DNA from: an uncultured Gemmatimonadales bacterium
Lineage (GTDB): Bacteria > Gemmatimonadota > Gemmatimonadetes > Gemmatimonadales > Gemmatimonadaceae
NCBI GenBank assembly: GCA_963701965.1
Contig: OY969695.1
Span: 4,224,001 to 4,288,000 of the forward strand
Direction: 5' to 3'
DNA: 64,000 nt
How positions within the stretch are numbered: the stretch's first letter is position 1; every line of letters starts with the position of its first letter. A model generated the notes under the pieces. It saw only the letters and a list, made by a program, of their open reading frames with translations. It ran no database searches and was not told where the DNA came from. Shown here in pieces: positions 50,380 through 59,941 of the stretch. Position numbers and translations under genes: made by a program.

Positions 50380-52274
50380 CGTGGCGCGTCGTGGGCTGGG
50401 CGATGCGCCACGCGCTGGCGGACGAGTTCCCGGTCGCCGCGCTCACAATGGTGCTGGCGCAGCGCCAGCCGGCCCCGGGGGTGCTGCACCATTCCGATCG
50501 CGGCAGTCAGCCCGGATTCAACTGGTCGTCGCAACAGTGGCTGAATGTGTGGAACGTAGGAGCTGATCCAGCGCCTGGGCTGGTGTTCTCCAACCGAGGG
50601 TCTTCCGAGGCCTGGTGTTGAGGTTGAGGGCCACGGCTTCCACGTCGGTCGCGCTGTGCAGGCTCAGGTCCGTGCCCTTCGGAAAGTACTGTCGCAACAA
50701 GCCGTTGGTGTTCTCGTTCGTGCCGCGCTGCCGCGGACTGTGGGGGTCGCAGAAGTAGACGCGCAGGCCGGCGTCAATGCGCAGGCGGGCGTGCTGCGAC
50801 ATCTCCGCCCCTTGATCCCACGTCAGCGAGCGTCGGAGCTGCTCGGGTAAGGTGGCGATCGTGCGCGTGATCGCGTCGCAGACCGCCTCGGCGCCATGCC
50901 CGGCGAGGGCAGGCCCGTTCTTCTCGCGAGCGCCGAGGCCATGGCCCGCCATAGGCGGCAGGTGCAGCAAGAGCGTGAACCGCGTCGTGCGCTCCACCAA
51001 GGTGCCGATCGCCGAACTGCCCACGCCCAGGATCAGGTCGCCCTCCCAATGGCCCGGCACCGCGCGGTCGGCCGCCTCCGGCGGGCGCGCGCTGATCATG
51101 AGCTCCGGCGTGACAAAGGCCTTGCCCTGCCCGCGGCTGCGCGCCCGCGGCACGCGCAGCGCCCGCCCCGTCCGCAGGCACGCGGTCAACTCACGGCGCC
51201 GGGCGCCCCGGCCCTGCACGTACAGCGCCTGGTAGATGGCCTCGTGGCTGATGTGCATGGAGGGGTCCGTGGGAAGTCGAGTCGCAGGCGATGGCAATTT
51301 GTTCCGGACTCCACGCCGACGCCCACCGCCGGTGCTGCCGGGGCCCGTGCCGACGCCCCTTCCACGCCACGACGGGACCGGGGACGGCGGCGCCGTCAGG
51401 CGCGACGACCACACCGGCCAGACGGTCTTCCACATACGCGCGGAGCGCCGCATGGACCGCCAGTCGGGGCGACCTTGGACGACGAGCGGCTCGGTCGGCG
51501 TACCACTGCGCCGTCGTGGCCCGATAGGCGAACCCACGGCCACGCGTCGCGGCATTCCGTCGCACCTCGCGCGAGATCGTCGACGGCGCGCGTGTCAAGC
51601 GACGGGCGATCTCGCGCACGCCGTGCCCGTGCGTGCGCAGGATCGCCAGTTCCTCGCGCTCCGCGATCGATAGGTACCGCCCGGACCGGGGTGGCAATGA
51701 CGGCGCAAGGTGTGATGGGGGCATCCCGCCAGTCTCCCGGAACCATCGTCTGCCCACAGCGGGCGACACTCCGACGGCGATCGCGGCGTCATCACTGGAG
51801 CACCCCACTGCGATCGCGACCCAGAATCGTCGCCGCTCGTCCCGTTGTGCCACCGAGGGCCGGCCCGGTGAGCGCAACACGACGACTCGCCCGGCTCGAC
51901 CTGAAGACCGCTGTCTTTTCGTCGACATCGCAACCCCTCTGCTAGGTGTTGCGACGACCGATTGAATCCACCCAGTACGCCGGGCACACCTATCGGGCGC
52001 AACTCGCGGCGCATGGGATGGTGTGCAGTGTGAGCAAACAAGGAGACTGCTACGACAACGCGGTCGTCGAGTCGTTCTTCGTCCAGGTTGAAGGTCGAGC
52101 TGGGGCGGGCGCCGACGCGGCGCGGGCGGCGGTGTTCGAGTAGGTGGATGTCTGGTACAATCGACGGCGCCTGCACTCGTCGTTGGGCTATTGACACCCA
52201 TAGCGTATGAACTGATGCAAGCGACAAAGATCAAAGCAGCTTAACTCACCTGTCCACGAATTGGGTCAGGTCCA
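50380..52274 (+). mobile_element. IS3-family remnant (integrase core and right end) split by IS30
   Basis: RVVGWAM..LHHSDRGSQ | YAG..GDCYDNAVVESFF..WYNRRRLHSSLGY; ends TGTCCACGAATTGGGTCAGGTCCA. Confidence 0.85.
50511..51972 (-). mobile_element. IS30-family insertion sequence; transposase 50518-51928 frameshifted
   Basis: IRs GGATTCAACTGGTCGTCGCAACA / TGTTGCGACGACCGATTGAATCC, CAG on both flanks; WSPEQI, SHEAIY, GHWEGDL, TWDQGAEM, QRGTNENTNGLLRQYFPKG. Confidence 0.92.
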
Positions 52275-52334
52275 TTTGGCGCTCGGACGGTTATCATTCC
52301 CGATAGCCAGCCCCGTGCCGAACAGAGTTCCGCC

Positions 52335-53252
52335 ATGCGCATTCGCCCGGACCTTGCCTCACGATATGAACGTGTCGCGAGCATCGCGGCGGCAACTGCC
52401 ATCACCGTGGGCACCGCCGTGCTCGTCTTGGTGCCGATGCGGCCGCGCCGCGTAGCTGAATCAGTAGCCCCGTCGGTACACCACGCGAAGCAGGTGGCGG
52501 AGCGTCTCGAGTACGTCATCGCCCGCGCCCCGGCTTCTTCGGTCGCAGCTCTACTCCTTCCAACGCATCCGAGGTCGCGTGTTCAGTCCCTAGACATCAC
52601 CAAGTCGCCGCGCGAGAGCAAACGTCGGACCGCCATGTAGAGACGCGTGGCCCCGGTCTCCGAAGCCGTCATTCCACCTTCGATCGCGCCGTCGCTAGCG
52701 GCGGACGCTGGCACTGGCTCGCCACCACGGCCAGTATCGCCGCTCGCAGGGCCGAAAGCCGCAGCACCCAATGAAATGGCGACGGGAACTGCAAGCTGGT
52801 GGAGCGCGATCGGCCGCGCGCGGGCTTTGGGCAGTGCAAAGACTCTTTTTCACCGAGATGCCGAGCCCATGAACTTCGACTCGGCCCTCCAAGTGGTGCG
52901 TGATAGTTTGCACGCCGAGTTCGCCGCCGGACGACCAACGTCCGTGCCACTGACACAAACCGAACGGGACGCGCAGTGGCGTGCGCAAGCGCTCGCTGCG
53001 TTCGCCGAACGCAACAACGGGGAGTTCCATCGCCCGACGATTTCGGCGGGAGCTAGCATCCCCATCGGACTGCCGTTTGGCGGACCGTCGCACGATACGC
53101 GTGAACGCGACCGCGCCATCTACGCTCAGACGAAAGAAATCCAGGCCCGAATCCAGCGTAGGGTGGACTCGACGCTCGCCGCACGGCGACAGCGCCGCGT
53201 CGACTCGCTCGCACGTGTCGACCACGCGATGCGCTCTGCACTACCGGACTAA
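52335..53252 (+). pseudogene. Hypothetical membrane-anchored protein with in-frame TAG at 52638-52640
   Basis: Two ORFs in the same frame; N-terminal TM and Pro-rich linker. Confidence 0.4.
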
Positions 53253-53299
53253 CGACGTATCACGAACGTTGTCGCGCTCAACACGCCCTGTGAACCGCG

Positions 53300-53505
53300 A
53301 GACAGTAGCGCGTGTAACTGAGCGGCGACTCGACTTCGATTGTTGCTTGGCCGGGAGCGCACGGCCCGCGCGCTCTTGTCCGCGATGTTGCGCAACGGGA
53401 TCCTGACCTCGTCAAGCCATCGGGCGCCCGTGCGGCTGGCCTTCCCGCCGCGAGTGACCGCCATCCTCTTTCCGGAGCTCGTGGCCGTACCGGGGCAAGC
53501 GGCAG
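53300..53505 (+). pseudogene. Possible C-terminal fragment of a Fic-family protein
   Basis: ERTARALLSAML..GILTS.SHRAPVRLAFP...LFPEL. Confidence 0.45.
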
Positions 53506-53989
53506 ATCCGGCGGACTCCCCAGTGTCCGACGCGGGATCGGCGCGCGAGAGGATCACGCGGCGGACCATACCGGTGGGGCAACGCAAGAGACCGTAGGCC
53601 GACGGCCAGCGGGGCCGGCCAACGAGCCGGCTTCGGCGCTTACATTGTCACACACGGCTTCGAGGGAAAGGCACCGCAGCTTACCAAACCCTCGTGTGTC
53701 ACCATGAGCCCCGCGAAGCCCGATCCGACGTGACGACTCCCCGGGAGCGTGCGGATGTCCCCCACGTCGACCAACGGCTGGGATGAAGTCGATAAGGGCT
53801 TTTGCCGATCCGACCGCTGACCCTCATGTCCTTGCTAATGTTCAGTACGGTGCTTGTCCTTCTGGTGACTCCGAGACTGACGCAAACGGCATCCATGGGT
53901 TCTTTGTGCCGTTCGTCGTGCTCGTCGTGTTTCAATTGTTCGTTCTGGCGACGATCGCTCGCCTGCCCGCGCGGATGTCGCTGGCATGT

Positions 53990-54115
53990 TTCGCGCTCCG
54001 AGGTGGCGAGTCGCACTTTCATTGGGCGCGCTCTGGGGAATTCATCAGCCAGGTCAGCGCGATTGGCCCTCTTGGCCTGAAGTACATTGACCCTGACGAT
54101 GACCCGCGCAAACAC
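53990..54115 (+). pseudogene. Cupin C-terminal fragment
   Basis: HFHWARSGEFISQVSAIGPLGLKYIDPDDDPRK. Confidence 0.45.
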
Positions 54116-54180
54116 GAGGCTGTGGCCTTCGCGGGAGTCCCTTCAACTGATTGGCGCGCTCCCTTCTGGATGGACGTATC

Positions 54181-54420
54181 ATGGGCAAATTGGGACCCGA
54201 AGAGATCATTCTCATTCTTTTGGTCGTCTTGCTGCTCTTTGGGGCCAAACGAATCCCCGAGATCGGCGCCTCGCTGGGTAAAGGCATCCGGGAATTCAAG
54301 GGAAGCCTGTCCGGAAAGGACGCGCATGTATCGGGGAGCTCACCCGCGGACGCCGCAGACCGGGACGCATTGGAGACAAGAGAGGAGGACGAGAAAGTGA
54401 AGCCACGTCGCTTGCTCTGA
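54181..54420 (+). CDS. tatA: Twin-arginine translocase TatA/E subunit
   Basis: LGPEEIILILLVVLLLFGAKRIPEIGASLGKGIREFK. Confidence 0.93.
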   Translation: MGKLGPEEIILILLVVLLLFGAKRIPEIGASLGKGIREFKGSLSGKDAHVSGSSPADAADRDALETREEDEKVKPRRLL

Positions 54421-54524
54421 GTCACCGGGTCAGCCCACCAGGCGTGTCGCGAACCGCAGCAGCTCCTTAACGGTCACAATCGCCAGCACGAGCGGCCGAG
54501 CCCGAGCGTTGCTGTAGAAGGCGA

Positions 54525-55190
54525 ATGGGCCAGCGTCGAACGGGTCACCAGGGACGGGCCCGCATCCTTACATTAGCGATTCTCACGATCGCGACCGATC
54601 CAACGCACGTCATTGCGATCGTCGCGTTGTTTGTGTCGCTGGGCCTTGACACGCTGGCCGTGGCGCTGAGTTTGGGTATCGCCGGTGTACCGCGGAGCCA
54701 GTGGCTCCGGGTGGGACTCACGTTCGCCATTTGCGAAGGCATCACCCCTGTGATCGGGATTCTGCTCGGCCGGGCCATGAGCGCGGCCCTCGGTTCCGCC
54801 GCCGGTGCAGTCGGGGGGCTGATCGTGATCGGCGTGGGTCTGCGGTCGCTGTTCGAGGAACGGGACCCTGAGCCGTCGGCGGACGCCTCGGCGCGCCTCC
54901 GCACGCGGGTGGCCTCGATGCGGACGTTGATCCCCATGGGTCTCGGCGTCAGCCTGGACGAGCTGGCGGTCGGGTTTTCCCTCGGGGCCGTGCGTGCATG
55001 GCTACCGATCGCCGTCGCCGGCGTCGCTTTGCAAGCGGCGGTGCTGACGTTCGTCGGATTACTCGTCGGTCAGAAGCTCGGGACGCGGCTCGCCGAGCGT
55101 GCCGACCGAGTCGCAGGCCTATTGCTGATCGCGGTGGGCGTCGCGCTGTTGTGGGGGGGCGTGACGGACGTTCTCGGGCGTGCGAGGTGA
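54525..55190 (+). CDS. mntP: Manganese efflux pump MntP family
   Basis: SLGLDTLAVALSLG, VSLDELAVGFSLG, six TM segments. Confidence 0.82.
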   Translation: MGQRRTGHQGRARILTLAILTIATDPTHVIAIVALFVSLGLDTLAVALSLGIAGVPRSQWLRVGLTFAICEGITPVIGILLGRAMSAALGSAAGAVGGLIVIGVGLRSLFEERDPEPSADASARLRTRVASMRTLIPMGLGVSLDELAVGFSLGAVRAWLPIAVAGVALQAAVLTFVGLLVGQKLGTRLAERADRVAGLLLIAVGVALLWGGVTDVLGRAR

Positions 55191-55372
55191 GGACCGGTGC
55201 GGCACGTGACCCTTGGTTCGTCGCCTTGCTCGCCATCCGGCGCAGCGGCGCGCGGTGCGTCGTGTCGAGAACCGCCGGCGTGAGAGACGGCCCGGGGGAC
55301 CGTCCTGGAAGGGTCTCGCCTCGAGGCAACGCTTCGCATTAGAAGAATGAGCCGTGTGAGGCAGCCGCCGTG

Positions 55373-58165
55373 TTACTCCCGTCCATTTGTCGTGGCGGTT
55401 AGCGCCGCGACGCGCTGGCGCGCGTGGACGACGTCGGGCTGCAGCACGATGTCCGCCGTGTCCCAGAGGTCGGCGAGATGGCGGTAGGCGGCGACCGCGC
55501 GGGCGGTGTCGGCGCGCTGCTCGTACAGCGCGCCGAGCCGTGCGTATGCCGTGCCGTGAAACTCCCCGTCGGTGCCCTCCCACTCCGACCACGGCTCGGA
55601 CGCGTATCGCTCATAGGCGATGATGGCGGAGTCACCGGCGCCGGTCAGCTCATACGCGCGACCGAGGTCGGGTGTCGCGCACACCGGGCAGTTGTAGAGA
55701 TCGTCCGCGTGCCGCAGCGTCGCCCGCGCTGCCTGGAAGCGGCCTTCCGCCAGCTCGACGACGCCGAGCGCGCGGAAATATCCCCCATCGACCGCCGCTC
55801 CCTGCGTCCCGCTGAACCCCGAGAGCAAATCGACGGTACGCAGCTCCTGCAGCACGGCGCGCGACTGGGTGTTGCGACCAGCGAGCGCGTACGCGTACGC
55901 CAGAAACTGGTACGGTCGATCGAGTGGCGACATGCGCTCAAACGGATACCGCGCCAACGCATCATCGATCGTCCGCAGGCCGCGCTCCTGGGCGTGCCGA
56001 TACCAGATGTCGATGAAGCCGAGGAAGATCGACCAGTTGACGTACGCACTCCCCGACCCCTGCGCCGCATAGAGATCCAGCATGGCGTGGACCGAGCGCT
56101 CGGCGTCGGTCAGGTGGCCGCGCCGCACGTCGAGCGACGCCATCATGGCCAGCGCCGCGGCCCGCCGGTCCACGTCCGGCCCGGCGCGGGCCACCGCCGT
56201 GTCGATGCCGCGCCGGGCGAGCGGCCAGTTGCCGCGCGCCACGGCGAGCGCGATGCGGATGTGCTGCGCATCCTCCTGGGGCGGAAACCGCTGATCACGG
56301 TACATCAGGGTCGCTGCCGCCGCGTCGAGCGCGCCGGCATTGAGCTGCGCGGTCGCGAGATGGTTGTAGAGTAGCGATACGGACGAGTCGACCGCCAACG
56401 CCAGGTCGTAGTAGCGCCCCGCCTCGCGGTAGTTCTTGAGCCACATGTTGGCCGCGCCGATGTTGGCGAGCGCCCGCATGTCACCCGGGTACCGGTCGAG
56501 CAGCGCACGGTACACGGCGATCGCCTCGGTCGGCTGGCGGATGGTGAGATAGTAGCTGCCCATCGTGTGGTAGCGTTCCCGCGCCGGGAGCCGGTCGCGA
56601 TCGCGAAACGCCCGTTGCATGGCGTCGTGCTCCAGCGCCGCCTCATTGTACTCGCCGTAGTAGGTGCCAAGCTTGCGGTAGGCCATTGAGAAGTGCGGGT
56701 CGAGCGCGACCGCTTCTCGCAGAATGCCAATGGCGCGCCGCTCGTCGCCCTGCACATCACCGACGCGGATCGCCTGCGAGTACTTGCGCAGCGCTTCCAG
56801 TGATCCGGTGGTCACCTGCTCGAGCGGCAACGTCGCGCGCACACTCCACATCGACTCGCCAATACGGCGGCGGAGTCGGCTCGAGACCGCGTCGACGGCG
56901 CGCAGGAGCGCGGTCGAGTCGGTCGCGGCCTCGCGAACGGCCGCAATGATGTCGCCGGTTTCGACGGACACCAGGCGTGCCGAGACCGTGTACGCGGCGC
57001 CGAGCGTGGCGATGTCACCCTCGACGAATGCCTTGATGCCGTCGCGCTCGGCCACTTCCCGGGCGACGACGTCGGTGACGCGGTCGCCGGTGGGGCGCTC
57101 CATGCGCATCAGCACAGCCTGGATCTGCTGGCGCGTCAGTACGTGCAGGCGAGGTGATTGCGCCAAGTCGACGCTCAGGGCCTCGGTCACCGCGTCGCCG
57201 ATCAGTGAGTCGCGGGTCTGGTTGCGAAAATCGGCGACGATGAGGCGGTCGGAGGGGTCGAGCACCGCCCGACGCCATGGCGCGAACACGCCCGCGATGA
57301 TGGCGGTGACGAGTACCGCCAGTGCCGCCAGCGCCGCGCCAGCCCGCCGCCTCGGCCGGCGCGCCGGTATGGGCGCGGCCATCGGCGGCGGTGTGGCCTC
57401 CGCCGGGGATCCGTCGCCAGTCCGGGCCACGACATCGCCGGCGGGCGCGGCGCGCAGTTGCTCGGCGAGCTTGGTCGTCTCGGCTGCCGGCTCGGCGTCG
57501 AGCTCGTCCGCCATATGGCGCGCGAAGCGCTCGTACGCCCGCAGTGCCGGCGTCCGATCCCCGGCGTGATCGAGCACCCGCATCAGCTGCCGCAGCGCCG
57601 CCTCGTCTTCGGGCGCCACCCGACACGCGAGATCGGCCCACCGTGCCGCGTCCGCGAGATCGCCGGTGGCCAGCGAGCCCACGGCCAACGCGCCGGCCGC
57701 CGCGACCGCGCGCCCGCGGAGCGCGCGGCGAACACCGTCGACCCACTGGTCGAACTCCGGTGCCGCATCGGCAACAAACACCGCTTGGAAAAAATCCCCG
57801 TCGTAGAGCGCCAGCGCCTCCGCCGGGCGGCCCGCATTGAGCGCCTGCTCGAACGCGACGACGTCGCACCACAGCCCGCCATCGACGAGCCCGACGCGAT
57901 CGTCCGGCGACGCGACGAGTGCGGATTCCCCCAGCCACCGCCGCAGCGCGTGCAATGCCTGCCGCAACGCGCGCCGTCCTTCATCGGCGTCCAGCTCCGG
58001 CCAGAACATCGCCAGCAGCGCATCCCGCCGCTGCAATCCTCGCGGCGTGGCGATCGCCAGATATGCGAGGACGGCCAGTCGCTTCGGCTGCGTCGGCACG
58101 AGACGCGCGGCTGGCGCATCGCCGGCGACCAGCTCGACTCGACCCAAGGTTTGGAAGCGCAGCAT
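55373..58165 (-). CDS. Transmembrane SARP/BTAD transcriptional regulator with periplasmic TolB-N-like and TPR domains
   Basis: FQTLGRVEL, PKRLAVLAYL, RDALLAMFWPE, LRQAL, CDVVAFE, LYDGDFF; TM segment; VADFRNQT; TPRs. Confidence 0.88.
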   Translation of the reverse strand: MLRFQTLGRVELVAGDAPAARLVPTQPKRLAVLAYLAIATPRGLQRRDALLAMFWPELDADEGRRALRQALHALRRWLGESALVASPDDRVGLVDGGLWCDVVAFEQALNAGRPAEALALYDGDFFQAVFVADAAPEFDQWVDGVRRALRGRAVAAAGALAVGSLATGDLADAARWADLACRVAPEDEAALRQLMRVLDHAGDRTPALRAYERFARHMADELDAEPAAETTKLAEQLRAAPAGDVVARTGDGSPAEATPPPMAAPIPARRPRRRAGAALAALAVLVTAIIAGVFAPWRRAVLDPSDRLIVADFRNQTRDSLIGDAVTEALSVDLAQSPRLHVLTRQQIQAVLMRMERPTGDRVTDVVAREVAERDGIKAFVEGDIATLGAAYTVSARLVSVETGDIIAAVREAATDSTALLRAVDAVSSRLRRRIGESMWSVRATLPLEQVTTGSLEALRKYSQAIRVGDVQGDERRAIGILREAVALDPHFSMAYRKLGTYYGEYNEAALEHDAMQRAFRDRDRLPARERYHTMGSYYLTIRQPTEAIAVYRALLDRYPGDMRALANIGAANMWLKNYREAGRYYDLALAVDSSVSLLYNHLATAQLNAGALDAAAATLMYRDQRFPPQEDAQHIRIALAVARGNWPLARRGIDTAVARAGPDVDRRAAALAMMASLDVRRGHLTDAERSVHAMLDLYAAQGSGSAYVNWSIFLGFIDIWYRHAQERGLRTIDDALARYPFERMSPLDRPYQFLAYAYALAGRNTQSRAVLQELRTVDLLSGFSGTQGAAVDGGYFRALGVVELAEGRFQAARATLRHADDLYNCPVCATPDLGRAYELTGAGDSAIIAYERYASEPWSEWEGTDGEFHGTAYARLGALYEQRADTARAVAAYRHLADLWDTADIVLQPDVVHARQRVAALTATTNGRE

Positions 58166-58241
58166 GAACTCCGCCAGCGAGGCGCGGCCGCGACGACGCC
58201 GTGGCCGGCCCCTGAACCTACGGCCGCGGCACCTCCGCCGT

Positions 58242-59345
58242 CTACTGCCGCGTCAGCTCGACGCGCCGGTTGCGCGCGCGCCCCTCCAGCGTCGCGTTCG
58301 TCGCTTTGGGCGCCGACGCCCCCGACCCGCCGGTGTCGAGCCGCCCGACGGCCACGCCACGCGCGACCAGCGCCGCCTTGACCGCCTCAGCGCGCCGGCG
58401 CGACAGCGTAAGATTCGACGCGTCGCCGCCGATATTGTCGGTGTGTCCGGTCACCGTCAGTGTCCACGACGGCTCGCGGCGCATGATGCCGGCGATCGCA
58501 CCCAGCATCGAGTCCGATTGCGGGCGAATCGTGGCACTGTTGAATCCGAAGTAGATACCATAGACGTCAACCGGCCGGCGCGCCGCCAGCGCCGATTCCA
58601 TGTCGCGCGACGTGCTCGTGTTCGGCCATTCGATCTTGATCACCGTCATGGAGTCAGGTCCGACCCGCATCTTCAACACGACTGGGTTCGCGGCATCGTC
58701 GAGCACGTACAGGTCCGCGTTCCGCACTCCGTCGTCGGAGGAGAGGCGGCCGCTGAGATGCCGGGTCGGCAGAGCGACGAGGGCCCCGTTGACGACGACC
58801 GACAGCGGCACCGCCGTCCGTTCGACGAGCGTCATCGTGCCCGTCGCCGTAAACCCCCCGCCACCCAGCCAATCGGCTGCCGAGCCTGAGCCGGCAATGT
58901 CGCCGACAAGCCCCTTGACCATCCCGCCCAATCCCGACCCGTCATCGATAACCGTGAGCGACGTATGCCCCTTGGCCCGGAGCTCCGCCATGGCGCTCGT
59001 CGACAACTGGAACGACGTTGTTCCCGGATACACTTCGTCACCGGCCGTGCTGATTCGCACCTTCATGGTTCGTGCGTCCCGGAGATCGATGGCGCGCACG
59101 GTGCGGCTGGCCCGCAACTGCTTCGATGCCGCACCGTCGGCGCCCGGCAGCTCGGCGTTGACCGTGAACGAGAGGCCATCGGCGGATATCCGGTCGACGG
59201 TGTGCATCGACTCGTAGTCGCCCTGCGACTCGTGCACGGCCAACACCATGGTCAGCCCCGCGACGAGCGGCACGGCCGGGTGCGGAGGCTGCCCGATCGC
59301 CGAACCGGGTCCCAGCAGGGCAAGGCCCACTATGTATGCGCGCAT
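58242..59345 (-). CDS. OmpA-family peptidoglycan-binding secreted protein
   Basis: GIYFGFNSATI, GHTDNIG, NLTLSRRRAEAV, GRARNRRVEL. Confidence 0.9.
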   Translation of the reverse strand: MRAYIVGLALLGPGSAIGQPPHPAVPLVAGLTMVLAVHESQGDYESMHTVDRISADGLSFTVNAELPGADGAASKQLRASRTVRAIDLRDARTMKVRISTAGDEVYPGTTSFQLSTSAMAELRAKGHTSLTVIDDGSGLGGMVKGLVGDIAGSGSAADWLGGGGFTATGTMTLVERTAVPLSVVVNGALVALPTRHLSGRLSSDDGVRNADLYVLDDAANPVVLKMRVGPDSMTVIKIEWPNTSTSRDMESALAARRPVDVYGIYFGFNSATIRPQSDSMLGAIAGIMRREPSWTLTVTGHTDNIGGDASNLTLSRRRAEAVKAALVARGVAVGRLDTGGSGASAPKATNATLEGRARNRRVELTRQ

Positions 59346-59350
59346 GTCGG

Positions 59351-59941
59351 CTACAGCTTGGCCAGGACGACGCGCGCGACCGCCTTCTCGTGCTCGACAA
59401 CGTCGTGTCCGACCGTACTGTCCTGGATCATCCGCATTGGCTCGGCGTACATGAGGATGCGGATCGTATTGTCGCCGGTGCGGACAGTGAGCGTCCCCAT
59501 GGAAAAGAACGCCTCATTGCCGAGGCCGGAAACGTCGCGACTTTGAAAACCGGGGAGCGAGGCACCGGCCGAGAGGCCGGCGGTCTTGTTCTCGAATCCC
59601 TGTCGCGCCACCTTGATGGGAATCCGCGCCATGGTCGCGCGTGTCGCCGGGTCGGTCGCGTCCTCCTCCGACAGCCACGACAGCTCGACGACGAGCGGAA
59701 CGGCGTCCTTCGACGTGGCGTAGTGGCAGCTCGACGACGTCGAACGGGGGTCGTCGTCCGATGTGGCGACGGTGTACGGTTCGCCTGTTACGGCCTGCAT
59801 CTCCTCTTTGGTGACCATTGAACAGAGCGCATAGTGGTGGCCGGACTGTGGCGCGCGCGCGTCAGCGGCGCGGGGAGCGGCCGTCCGGCTGGTGCACGCG
59901 GCGACGCCGATGGCGATCGCCAGACTCAAGCGCGGCGTCAT
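59351..59941 (-). CDS. Hypothetical lipoprotein
   Basis: Lipobox GVAAC; CSMVTKEEMQAVTG, SCHY, VSGLGNEAF. Confidence 0.75.
   Translation of the reverse strand: MTPRLSLAIAIGVAACTSRTAAPRAADARAPQSGHHYALCSMVTKEEMQAVTGEPYTVATSDDDPRSTSSSCHYATSKDAVPLVVELSWLSEEDATDPATRATMARIPIKVARQGFENKTAGLSAGASLPGFQSRDVSGLGNEAFFSMGTLTVRTGDNTIRILMYAEPMRMIQDSTVGHDVVEHEKAVARVVLAKL

Noticed and set aside
52638..52640. Stop-codon recoding (also TAA at 25611)
   Set aside because: TAG and TAA end many normal genes here and no recoding machinery is visible
53600..54525. Riboswitch upstream of tatA or mntP
   Set aside because: No recognisable yybP-ykoY or c-di-GMP consensus by eye; an Rfam scan is needed
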